From: Klebsormidium nitens | Lineage: Eukaryota; Plantae; Klebsormidiophyceae | NCBI GenBank assembly: GCA_000708835.1 | Contig: DF236954.1 | Location: 174,052 to 238,051, forward strand | Reading direction: 5' to 3' | Length of the DNA: 64,000 nucleotides | Shown: positions 37,692-48,300 of the stretch, piece by piece | Position numbering within the stretch: position 1 is the first letter of the stretch | Layout of the letters: every line of letters starts with the position of its first letter | Notes under the pieces: generated by a model | The model's input: the letters and a program-made list of their open reading frames with translations, nothing else | Told to the model about the DNA's origin: nothing | The model's database searches: none | Program-made: the position numbers and the translations under genes

Positions 37692-37715
37692 ACTCTAGAC
37701 TCTAGAGTCTAGAGT
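37692..37715. repeat. Perfect 24-bp palindrome ACTCTAGACTCTAGAGTCTAGAGT in the IREG3/ALG3 divergent promoter
   Basis: The sequence equals its own reverse complement. GACTCTAGAG recurs at ~38106. Confidence 0.85.
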
Positions 37716-38183
37716 GAAGATGTGCTGCTCCTCTTCAGCTTATGATGAGTCTCGAGCCCTATCCGTGCTGATGTAGGCATAAATTTTCACTCGGTAGGCG
37801 TTCCGCGCACAGAATCAGGGTTCAAGAAGTCAGGCAGCGCCCGGGGTGAGATGCACCGGCTTGGAAGTCCACTGGTCGGTGCAATGACCGGCTGAGGACT
37901 TGCGTTCGGGAGCTCAAGTCGACGTGGCCAATCATCGGTCGGAAAAATATTTTCCGTTCCAGAAAGGGACCGGAATCATGTACACGGAACGACCGCGCCA
38001 CCAATTTCAACTTGTACACACAAATTACACTCAAATCCAGTTTTTACGGTGAAGTTGGACTAGCCAACGAGAGTACAGTGTCAAGACATTTACGGCGCGT
38101 GCAAGACTCTAGAGGGAAGACTTCACTGTCTGTCAGCTTCAACATTTGATCGAGCTTGATACCGCGAGCAATGTGAGGAAGAG

Positions 38184-41100
38184 ATGGCGCCTCGAATGGC
38201 GCAAGAAAGGAGCAAGGGGTCGTCTGGTCCTCTGATGCAGCTCTGGCGAGGACTGAACAATCCTCGGGATGGGCGCGTCATGTTGCTGGTGTCCCTGGGG
38301 CTTTTGGCTCTGGAGGCTGTGCTATGCTCAGCCATCGTTTGGAAAGTTCCATGTAAGTCCGATGTGTCTCATTTGGCTTGGTTTTCAGTAAGTGATGTAT
38401 TTGACATATGCTTGAGGGAGGCCTCCCTGCCACCTGTTAAATTGCATTGTGTTGTGACTGCGGTGCTGTGTTCACCACCTTTTGTGCTGTTGCAGCTAAA
38501 CTTCCAAGGGCGCTTTTCAACACAATGCAATGCTGCAACTCCTTCTTGAGCATTCCCACCTCTTTTCTGCAGATACTGAGATTGATTGGGAGGCGTACAT
38601 GTCCCAAGTCACAGGGTTTGTTGGTGGGGAGAGAGATTACAAGGAACTGAAAGGCGGGACAGGGCCAATCGTGTATCCAGCTGGCCACTTGTACATATTT
38701 ACAGCTCTGCAGCAATTCACGGGCGGCAGTGTTCCTCTTGCACAAGTGAGCAAAGAGTGACTGGAGGATTATGATGTTCTCAGTCTTGTTTGAATGCTCA
38801 AGGCCAGTATTGCAGATTCCACAATGATAACCAGCTCGTGGAGTTCGTTTATCATTGCTGGTCCTTGCCTGTGCTCTCTCTCCCTTTGACGGTAATGGTT
38901 ATGGTAATGGCTGTCTGCCAAGCGTGATTGTCGTCTCTCTGACACTCCCTTTCCTGGTCTGCAGTTGTGGTTTATTGGCCTGTACCTTGTGAACCTGGCG
39001 TTCGCTCTCTTAGTGTATGCGCAATCCCAGGCCGTGCCGCCGTGGGCACTCGTACTGCTGTGCCTGTCAAAGCGAGTGCACTCGATCTTCGTGCTGCGCC
39101 TCTTCAATGATTGCTGGGCCATGACGCTGCTGTATGGATCTATGGCACTGCTCCAAAGGCGGAGTTGGTTGTTGGGACTACTGTTGTACAGGTATGCCGC
39201 CTCCCACTTTCATACAGACAAATGCATCTGAATCTGCACAGTTCATTGGCTGCTTTTGGCAGTTATGTCATCTACATCACATAGCAACAGCTGGTTTGTC
39301 GGGAAGAACCTTGAGTTGGTTTCGGGATTTGATCGCAAGTTGTTGCTACTTTGTTTCTGACAATCTGTGCTGATCTGTTTCCTTAGTATTAAAGGGGACT
39401 GCTCATGTAAGATGGCTGCTCACTCCCAGAGTTTCTGTGGAACCATTCACATTTTGAGTTCAATGCTTTGAATTCTTGGACAGGTCTTCCATCCTACTTT
39501 ATGAATGCCCTCTTACATTTCCCTGTCGCAGTGCAGCTGTTTCTGTCAAGATGAACATCCTCCTTATGGCGCCTGCGCTTTTACTGCTTCTTCTCAAGGT
39601 TAGTCCAGCTTGTGATCGGCATGATTGTTGTATTGTTCCTTTCAGGGAGCCCTCAGCTTTTATCTGGACTTGCTCTAAGTGGATCCAACTCATTTCACAA
39701 CCTGTTGTTTCTGTACCGTTGTAACAAACCGATCTGGTTATAAATATCGTTGATTTTCAATGTAGACCACGCTGTTAACGTTCCCCCACTTTTGTGCACT
39801 TGTTTATGCACTTCGACCTTCATGCTGACATTGGTTCGTCCATGTGCAGGACACATCGCTGTTGAAGGTTGCACTGGCGCTGGGGGTTGCTGCAGCTCTT
39901 CAGGTAGGGAGTTGTGGAAGAACAGCAGAGGAATGACGCTGCGTTTTTGTTGCAGGGATCATTCAAAATGTTGGAGTTGAGCGCCACTTACCTCTATGGA
40001 TGTGCAAGGCTTGATAAGGGTCAGAGTTGCTGGAATGTTCTTTATTTTGATGCGATAGGTGGTCGAAGATCATTATTTTCCTTGTAGAACATGCAAATAT
40101 TTTCTCTAGGCAACCATGCAACGCGTGGGTTGCTCGACCAATATCAGGAGCGGGCGTCCCACTGTTCCCCATACTTGTTTTTCTTGGTTCTGGGGCCCCC
40201 TTTTGAAGGCAATGAAACTCATCAGTCTGTCAGGGATTATTGGGGGCTACCTTTTGCTCATATCGTACAGCAACATTGGCTACGATTTCAGCAACATCGA
40301 TCCATTTCAAAGAGCCTTCTTCGGTATCTCAGGTGGTCCTGGGGCTGCCTTTCCTACTGACATATCCCTGGTCCTACATCGCCCGATCATTTGAGCTTAG
40401 CCGCGTCTTCATCCATCACTGGTGAGCAAACCATTGCAAAGTGCTCCAGGAAACAGCTTGTACATCGCAGTTTTGAGTCTTTGAAGGCAGTGATATGCTG
40501 GCAATGGTCCTGGAATTCAGCAGATCTTGCAGCATAGTGGCTGGTCTACACACCTCTGCCCTTTTGCAATCAACGTGTCTGCCCCTCATGCATGGTTACG
40601 TTGCATCTGGTGAAACCACCCCTTTGGTTCCATGCAGCGCTCACTGGCAGTAAGGTCAGCAGACACTGCCTTTTTAAATTGATGCCGCTTGGAACCAAGT
40701 TTAGAGTTGCAATTAAGCAGTGCATCAGTACTTTTGATACTTCCTGGTTGAGCCTCTTCTATGTCCCCCTTGGTTGTCTTGTGGTTATCAAATGCTAATT
40801 TGTTCAGCTCACCACCTTCAGGTCTGTCAATCTGAAGTTCCTGCCTGAGGACATCTTCCTGTCCAAGCCGCTCGCCATTCTGTTGCTGGGCCTACACCTG
40901 AGCCTCCTCTTCCTCTTCGCCAACTACAGATGGTGCAGGTGATTTAATTGATGTTCCTGGTCGAATTTTTACTTGCGGGTGTACTTCGCTTCAGGTTGAA
41001 GAATTTGGTTTTCTTGCATCAACTCTCGCGCACCCAACTTTTGGCTGCAATTGCGGATTTATCTATGTGTCTCAAAGTCATGTCGTTGCAGCTCAGTCTG

Positions 41101-44100
41101 CTGACGCTTCAAGTACTTTGCTTTCAGTGCTTGCTTTCGACCTCCCAGTCGAAGATTTCCCAGGCTGCGACGGGTTCCTCTATCGACCTTCAGTCTGCAT
41201 GCCTTCGTCTGCTTTCTTAGAAGCCTTGCTTTGTATATGCAGTTCCTTTTCTGCTGTCAGTCTGTTCGACGAGGCCTCCCCTTGCGAGTGATGAATTTTC
41301 CAAATCCAACGCTGATTCGCTGATGAAACACACGAAATCGAGCTTTTTAACCCTGACGCACAGTGGAGGCCTCTCCATTTCCCCCCTTCTTTTCTGTGTT
41401 GCTCTTCGCTTTGTGCTTGTTCGGTGCTTCGGAGCATCTTCGGTCATTCAACGGTCGTAGAAAACTAGGACAATCCGGATCCTATGCCTTGATGATTGTT
41501 AGACTCAGCGAGTCGGACAATGACTACCGGATTGCCTGGGTTTTCAAAGTCTTGACTTTTCGTGTGAAGATTTTTTTGGTTGCTCGTCGGTGGTCTCGAT
41601 CACTCCTTCATTTGTTTTTCAAGCAGGATAGCTCGATTCTCAAAGCAGATTATTGCAAAGCCAACTCTCTTGTGGCAGCAGATCTGACCGTTAAGGCACT
41701 CCTGATCTCGGTGATGATTATCGATGACGAGACTGAGCTCAAGCTGGTTCTGCTGGTGGCCTGGCCTGCTGCGGCCGCGTTTTGCGGTCGTGGCAGTTTC
41801 GGGCCGTCAGTCAGGCCAGCCACCTGCCGCAAGGCGGGTGGCGAAGACGTTAATTCGAGGCATTTGTCTGAGAGAACCGGAGAATAGCCTTGGGTCTTGG
41901 GGGTGTCAAACAATGTCTCAGAAGTTGGAGGAAATAAAATACAGAATGATTAGTGGCCTTCAGAACCATAGAAGCTCGCGAGTTCGATGCACCTTGCAAA
42001 GTATGCCGATGCCTTCTTTTGACTTTGTGGGTTTGTCAAGGCCGTTTTCAAGTTGTGAGTCCTCGCAGCTGATGTGCAGGGTTTCTATGCGACTCGCAGG
42101 AAAAGCGGTTTGCCGTGATCTGACCTGTTGTAGTTCTTTGCTCGCTCGGTTGTAACACTCGAGGCCTCTGCAGCTAGTGGATGATGAGACACCCGTATCA
42201 CGACGGTCATCAGAGCCAGGGCCGCGGTCCTCGACAGGGCTGATAACATATGGAACTTCTTCTGACACACAAGCCGCAGGCCGGCTGCAAGGAGTGATCT
42301 AGTGTTGAAAGTTTGATACACCGTACTTTCTGTGTTCCACGATTGTTGATTTGGAATTTGTTTGCTTGTGTTTGTGAGGAGATCGTAAACCTGAACCGTT
42401 CAAGCTTGCCCAATGATGCTAAACATCTTCTTTCGACTGAGCGACCCCTCCACGGAGGGCGAATGCTGTCAACCAAACCGCTGATTAATTATTGACTGAG
42501 GGCAAGCAAATAACCAGAACAGCCGATTGCATTCTCGGACGAACTTTACTGCCTCCTCTTTACTTTGGTTGCGTCTTTGTTTTGTCGGACCTTACAAGGT
42601 TTGATTCAGTGCGCTACTGGTTGCCTTGCTTCTACTCTTCCACGTAGATATGCGAGCCAGGTTTTTGATTCGGTTCCTGTTGCGTTCCATTTGCTGAGGA
42701 GTGCCCTGTGACGATACCCTTATGCTTATTTCTGAGCGCCCCTTCGGGGCGATCTGCTGACAAATATCCGCTTAGTACCTGAGGGCACTGCATCTGTGAG
42801 AATGATTCCGATTCGTCGGCGCTGTCCATGTTTCTCTTCTGGTTCAATGTCATCAGGCAGATGTCGGCCGCATATTGCTGACGACGAGCTTTGCTTTTGA
42901 GGGGTCATCAGGTTGTCTGCGTTCTGAGTACGTGGTCCATCACGTTTTGGTCTGTTTCGACTCCTTAGTCCCTGCAACACCTGCGGTCGCAACCATGCCC
43001 GTCTGAACTGGCGCCGGTCCATTCGCCCGACATGCTGATCACGCCTCTTTTACTGCAGATCAAGTGGCGGGATCGTCCAGACCGTCAAGTCTCAGCAGAC
43101 AGCTGGGCCCGCGAGAAGCCGCGTCACTGCTGCGCGTGAGTCGCCATCCTTCAGCTTTGCTCTCGATGTTTCACGTCTTTGTGGCATATTGTGATCCGGC
43201 AATGGTGAGAATCCTGGTTACAAAGGAGTGCATCTCAGTTGATCGCTAGTCAGCTTGAGCTGGAGTTGTACGGTTTGGCAGTGATTCAAATCTGGAGAGT
43301 GCCTGATCTCGTGCCACGTGTCGTGCTCTATGTGGACAGACGTCACGACGGTGATGTTCGTTGCCAACTTCATCGGCATCGTCTGCGCCCGGACCTTGCA
43401 CTACCAGTTCTACTCCTGGTAAGCCTTGCCGCAAGCGCCTTCGCCCTAGTTTTCTTTCTCAGTTGCGGTAGTCCCTGATTTTGCAGTGTTATCAGGTCGA
43501 AGCAGACGACTTTGGCTCCTTTTGGTTCTCTTCAATTGAGTCAGCTTCCCTTGCTTCTTCATCTTACTCGGAGTACTGTGTCACGCAATTCCACCTTAGC
43601 TTGAGAGAACTAATTCTCTTGAGGTTTCTCGAGTCCTCTTGAATAAGTTGAGCGATCCTTGTCGCTGCTGAACTCCAAATTCGAGAAGAGTGTATGGCCT
43701 TCGTTGACCAACTTAGCGTTCATGAGTTAGCGCATAAATGGCGGCGCCTTCGATTCGACACCGCCATTCTGCTGAATCTCGCTTCGTCCAAACGGGCAGG
43801 ATAGCGAGATCTGGGCACATCTTTAAAGCAACCCAACCTTGCACTCATTGAAGGGATTTGTTGCAGGTACTTCCATATGCTGCCGTACCTACTTTGGCGG
43901 TGCCCGTTTCCAGTTCTTGCTCGGTAAGAAACGTTGCCCTCGTCAGACATGTGGGAACAAGAATAGATAGTCACTGCCATTCGTCGTCTTTTGTCTTAGC
44001 AATTTTCTCCCCTTGTAGATTGCGTCCTGCATCTCTTCTTTGTGGATCAAGACAAGTGCCACGCTGATTGGTTTGGAATGCGCGAGCAGGGTGTCAGAGC

Positions 44101-44362
44101 CCCTCTGTCTGACTTCGATGAGACGTTTTTGTGAGATTCTTATCATATTTGCTTGTATGCGCTATTTCTGACGTCCAACTCGATCTTTCGATTGCGCAGG
44201 TTGATCCTCTGGGCCGGCATTGAGTACTGCTGGAACGTCTTCCCATCGACTCCGGCCTCCTCGGCTCTGCTTCTGGCCTTGCATGTAACGGTGCTTGTTG
44301 GACTTTGGTTTGGGAAAGCGGAGAGTCCATACGTATCAGTTCCAAAGTCAAAAGGCCTGTGA
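38184..44362 (+). CDS. ALG3: Dol-P-Man:Man5GlcNAc2-PP-Dol alpha-1,3-mannosyltransferase
   Basis: Eleven exons 38184-38352, 38573-38745, 38965-39191, 39532-39598, 39850-39903, 40333-40421, 40822-40938, 43059-43135, 43340-43418, 43867-43923 and 44200-44362. Motifs [79 protein letters not shown] and [12 protein letters not shown]. Confidence 0.96.
41283..41360 (+). ncRNA. Box C/D snoRNA with two guides (18S Am619-equivalent, U36/snR47-like; 25S G2917-equivalent, SNORD69-like), in ALG3 intron 7
   Basis: Terminal stem TGCG/CGCA; C GTGATGA 41288; D' CTGA 41312; C' TGATGA 41321; D CTGA 41353. The D guide CGAGCTTTTTAAC (13 nt) complements 18S GUUAAAAAGCUCG. The D' guide AATCCAACG complements 25S CGUUGGAUU. 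rRNA sequences were recalled from conserved eukaryotic rRNA. Confidence 0.9.
41706..41875 (+). ncRNA. U15: Box C/D snoRNA U15-like (guides 25S Am2281 and Gm2288 equivalents, yeast numbering)
   Basis: Stem TCTC/GAGA; C GTGATGA 41711; D' CTGA 41733 preceded by GATGACGAG (complement of CUCGUCAUC); long internal GC stem (ggtggcctggcctg/caggccagccacc); D CTGA 41868 preceded by CGAGGCATTTG (complement of CAAAUGCCUCG). Confidence 0.9.
42177..42268 (+). ncRNA. U35: Box C/D snoRNA U35/snR73-like (guides 25S Cm2959 equivalent)
   Basis: Stem GTG/CAC; C ATGATGA 42181; guide TCACGACGGTC (complement of 25S GACCGUCGUGA) before D' CAGA, with the +5 rule landing on the first C of AGACC; D CTGA 42262. Confidence 0.82.
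42404..42507 (+). ncRNA. Box C/D snoRNA, target not assigned
   Basis: 8-bp terminal stem GCTTGCCC/GGGCAAGC; variant C box ATGATGC 42413; D' CTGA 42437; D CTGA 42496. Possible 9-nt guide TCTTCTTTC against 25S GAAAGAAGA. Confidence 0.7.
42700..42789 (+). ncRNA. Box C/D snoRNA, target not assigned
   Basis: 7-bp terminal stem AGTGCCC/GGGCACT; variant C box GTGACGA 42708; D' CTGA 42732; internal hairpin gcgcccc-ttc-ggggcg; D CTGA 42779. Confidence 0.68.
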
Positions 44363-45372
44363 TCTGGACAAGTTGCTTGTGTAAAATAGACGACCGCCAG
44401 GCTTGCTTTGCCAGCCAACAAGAGTCTCGTGTTTGTCAGTGCAAAAGTTTCTCCTGCCAAGCTGCGCTGTGGCATTGTGTACTTGTTCCGTTGCTTTTGG
44501 CATGATATTGTGTCTCGCACTCGATTCAGCTAGTGAGGCTTGTTCGGTACGATATCGACTATATCACTTTTCTTTGTGTGGCCAATGCATTGACTCCATG
44601 CATGCTTCATTACAATGCTCGTAGCTATCTTGATTCAGGCATGCATGCATGTCTACTTAATTCGAGATACAATGATGCGCATTCAAGTATCGAGCCCATT
44701 TCGAATGCGGTATGTCAATGCAGCATGCGTCTGCTGCACACATGGCCGTGCAGCAGAGGTGGCCGCGAACGGCAATAATAGTTCCCAGGGAAACTACACC
44801 GATCCTAGTCCGACCATGCCATGTAGCATGCATGCTGCATGTAAAGGTGTAATACCGGAAGCAAGGTCTGATTTGCACACTTTAATGCAATTACTGATCT
44901 TTGGCGCGCCAACATTCTGGATAACGTACAAGTTTCTTCCCACGGTTTTTGCTGGATGGTTATTGATTGATAAGTTGGTTGAAAACATTGCAGCCATGGC
45001 CCCGTCATTGCCAGTGACGTGACCAGTCGTATAGCGGCTGTATAAAGTAGAAGAATGTGTACCAATGACAAGCTCGAGAAGTTGTGGGTAGAGCAAGCGG
45101 GTGTCAGCTGCTGTATACAGACAAATGGATACCATCTTGGAGTGTTCAATCGAGTCATTTGTACAAAAACTTGCTGCCGACAGCGCTCAGGCCACGCCAA
45201 ATCACCAGCAATCACCAATCACCGCCTCACAATCGGTTAGGAGCTCGCCATGGCTCCAATATCTACCTTTCGACAGCAAAAGCTATGTACAATCGGCACT
45301 GGATGTATGGTTACTGATAGGACCATAAGCAAAGAATCTGAGGGCCCGCCAGCTCGCCGTAAGCTCCACGTG

Positions 45373-48300
45373 TCAGCAGTCAATTTCCTGTGGGATGTCC
45401 GCCTCATTGAAGTAGATGAATTGCAACTCGCCCTCCCACACCTGCACGGAAAGCGTTGAATGAGTCTTCGCGTCTACTAACCTTGGCAGATGAATCACGT
45501 CCAAAGTCCTTCTGGTGACGATAGTAGCATTCTAGAGAATGAGAAAGGCAACAGTGTCTGCAAAAGATGGAGTCTCGGTGAACTGATAAGGTAAGGCGAG
45601 CGATTGGAGTCCCTTGGCCCTTCCCCACAGTTCCTTCAAGCCGCTTCAATTCAGAAGAGTTCACTCGTCCCTTGCCCTTTTCAATCCCATCGAAGCGAAG
45701 CTTTTCAACCAGTAAACCATGAAACGTTGAAAGTCCTTTAGTAGTTTTAGTAGTAGTAGTGGCAATATTGAGTATTCTGAGTATCAGTCTCCCGGTCACC
45801 TCCACCTATCTCAGTGCACATTCGTGTCTTGTGTACGTGGTTCCACGATCCTTTCTACCCTTGAAACCTAGACCAGGACAACCTTAACTTACCTCCTGCC
45901 AGAAGTCGACGCGCATGTGCGGCACGTTGATCTTCTGGGTGTCGTCCTCAAAGGCCATGGACCAAAACCCTAAATACCTCAACACTCAAAGCCCCAGACT
46001 CACCTCGTGCCGAAACTCGACGCGCATGTGCGGCACGTTGGTCTTGTGGATGTCGTTCCCGTCCGGCCCGCGCAGGTAGTACTTGTCACCCACCCAGTGC
46101 GCCTTGACGTCGTGCTGGAAGCCCGACTGGTACACGCTGTTGCGCGCGATCTCGCACAGGTCGCACGCGCTCAGCTTCCACACCTGACGGAACAAAGCGT
46201 GCAGGCTTTCAAGGCGAGAAGGACAAATGTGCGCTCTATTCCCACAGGTCGCACGCCACTACTGGGAGGGACAAAGTGCACGAGTTTTGACATTGACAGG
46301 TGGCAGGCGAGTGTTACAAAGGCGTGATCTGTCTCTGCGCCAGGTCGCGACAAGCTCTGCTTTGACACCTGGAAGGGAAAAGTGCGCGAGCAGAATCGGT
46401 TGGCGAAGCGGTTGCTGATTCACAAGCATCTTCTGATTGGGTCGTGCTCAAATGCACGCGCCAAGGTGAAGTCACCAGAAAAGACAAACGCCCCAGGATT
46501 TGCTACGGTTTTTGTCTTCATGATTCCAAAGAAAAAGCCACGAAATCACGAGTATTTGCAGCCGCCGATCTAATCCACAGCCATCAAAACGAGCCGGCAA
46601 ATGATACAACCTGACGACACAAGGAAAACCGGGACCTTACCAGGCGAGAAGACATGATCAGCAGACTCCTTCTACGCTGACCCTCCTCATGCTGAAAAGG
46701 AATCCAACGATCTTTGATCTCCAGAGGGGTTACTGCTTCACGGTTAAACGTTTTTAAAGCGGCCTCGTTCCGCTGGAAGGAGGCCGTGTTTTGAGCTTGT
46801 CTTGACGAACAATACGCAATTTTTAAGTTCGGGGCTGCAGCTCACTTGGGCGGCGATGGAGTACTCCTCGACGAGCGGCTCCTTGGTGAGGTGGATCATG
46901 AGGGGGTCGTCTGTCGACAGGCTCACGTTCATGCCGCGCGCAAAGAACATCGGGAACGGGTTGCGGTGGTAGTCCAGGAACAAGCTGTTGTTGCTCAACG
47001 GGGACATCGCCAGCCCAATCTGCAGAACGATCCGGAGTCAGTCTGCTGATATTGTTCAAACATTCGTAAACAGAGGCTAGGAATGGGTTCTGCCGGACGA
47101 CTGTGTCTAGTGTGCTGAGGATATTTGTCGAAAACGGGTTGCGGTGGTTGTCCAGGAACAGACTGTTGTTGCTCAAGGGGGACATCGCCAGCCCGATCTG
47201 TAGAACGATCCGGAGTTAGTCTGCTGATATTGTTCAAACATTCGTCAACAAAGTCTAGGAATGGGATCTGCTCAGGGGCGACATTGCGAGGCCAATCTTC
47301 GGAAGGAAAGGAACGCGGTTGTCAGCACTGGCAGTCGCACTTCGAAAATGTGTACCTTCGTGCAATCAGAATGTTGAACAGAACGTTGACTATGGACTCT
47401 GGTTGTAGTCCAAGAACCAGTTTGTGTGAAGAGCGACATCATCAGCCCGGTGTGTGGAAAAGCGCGAGAAAATAAGCAGTTAAAACAAAAAAATCATCTG
47501 CCCAGAAGAAGACAGTGACGCATCATTGGGGACATCTGGTCTCTCAGAACCACAGAACAAGTTTGATCGCGACCGCATGCACATCCCAGCTGTCGAGCTC
47601 GTTGCCTACGCTGGAACGTTTGCTTCCAGCCAGGCATTCTTTTGCTTAATTCTGAGTTACCCATGCTCCGGGACAGTCTCCAATTGCACCTCCTCAAAAC
47701 CACACCTGCTTCTATGCACCCGAATGGAGACCTTAACAGAGACTTTGTCCTCATCTCTGACCTAAGTTCCGTGCAGGGGCACCGGTTTAAGAGGTGCCTG
47801 AACCCTGCTCAACGCCTACCCCAAACTCTGTCCCAAAACCTGCGTATTACCTGCGCCAGGTAGTAGAGGTACTGCAGGCTGGGCGTCTTGCGTAGGTTGT
47901 TGCCGTGCGCAATGTTGTGACACGTCAGGAACGTCGCCGCCAAATGGTCGATGTCGCCCGCCTGCGCGATAAGCGGAGCCACATGTCAGAATGAGGAATC
48001 TAGCTGATACAAAAGGCAGTGTGCAAATCTCGTCTCAGCAACAGGGCGACAACCTGTGCCGAAACGTGGGTGTAGAATACCTCTTGCTCTCACGAAATCG
48101 ATCGCACTCCGTCAGGTTCGCCCACACGTAGTAAGCCCCGTTACTTTAGGCCGACTTCGAGTAGGTTGTTCCTCCCTTTTCCTGACGACTTGTTATCGGT
48201 TCAGCAGCGTAAAATCTGCCCAAACGGAAGAAACCCGATCCTGTATTGGCAAGGTTAAACAGGGATTCTCCTCTTATCGGTTCAGCAACGTAAAATCTGC

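Noticed and set aside
41471-41534. Possible sixth snoRNA (TTGATGA followed by TGTTAGACTC, complementary to 25S GAGUCUAACA around yeast Cm663)
   Set aside because: No canonical D box (CTGA) or proper terminal stem follows. It may be a decayed copy, but cannot be supported as a feature.
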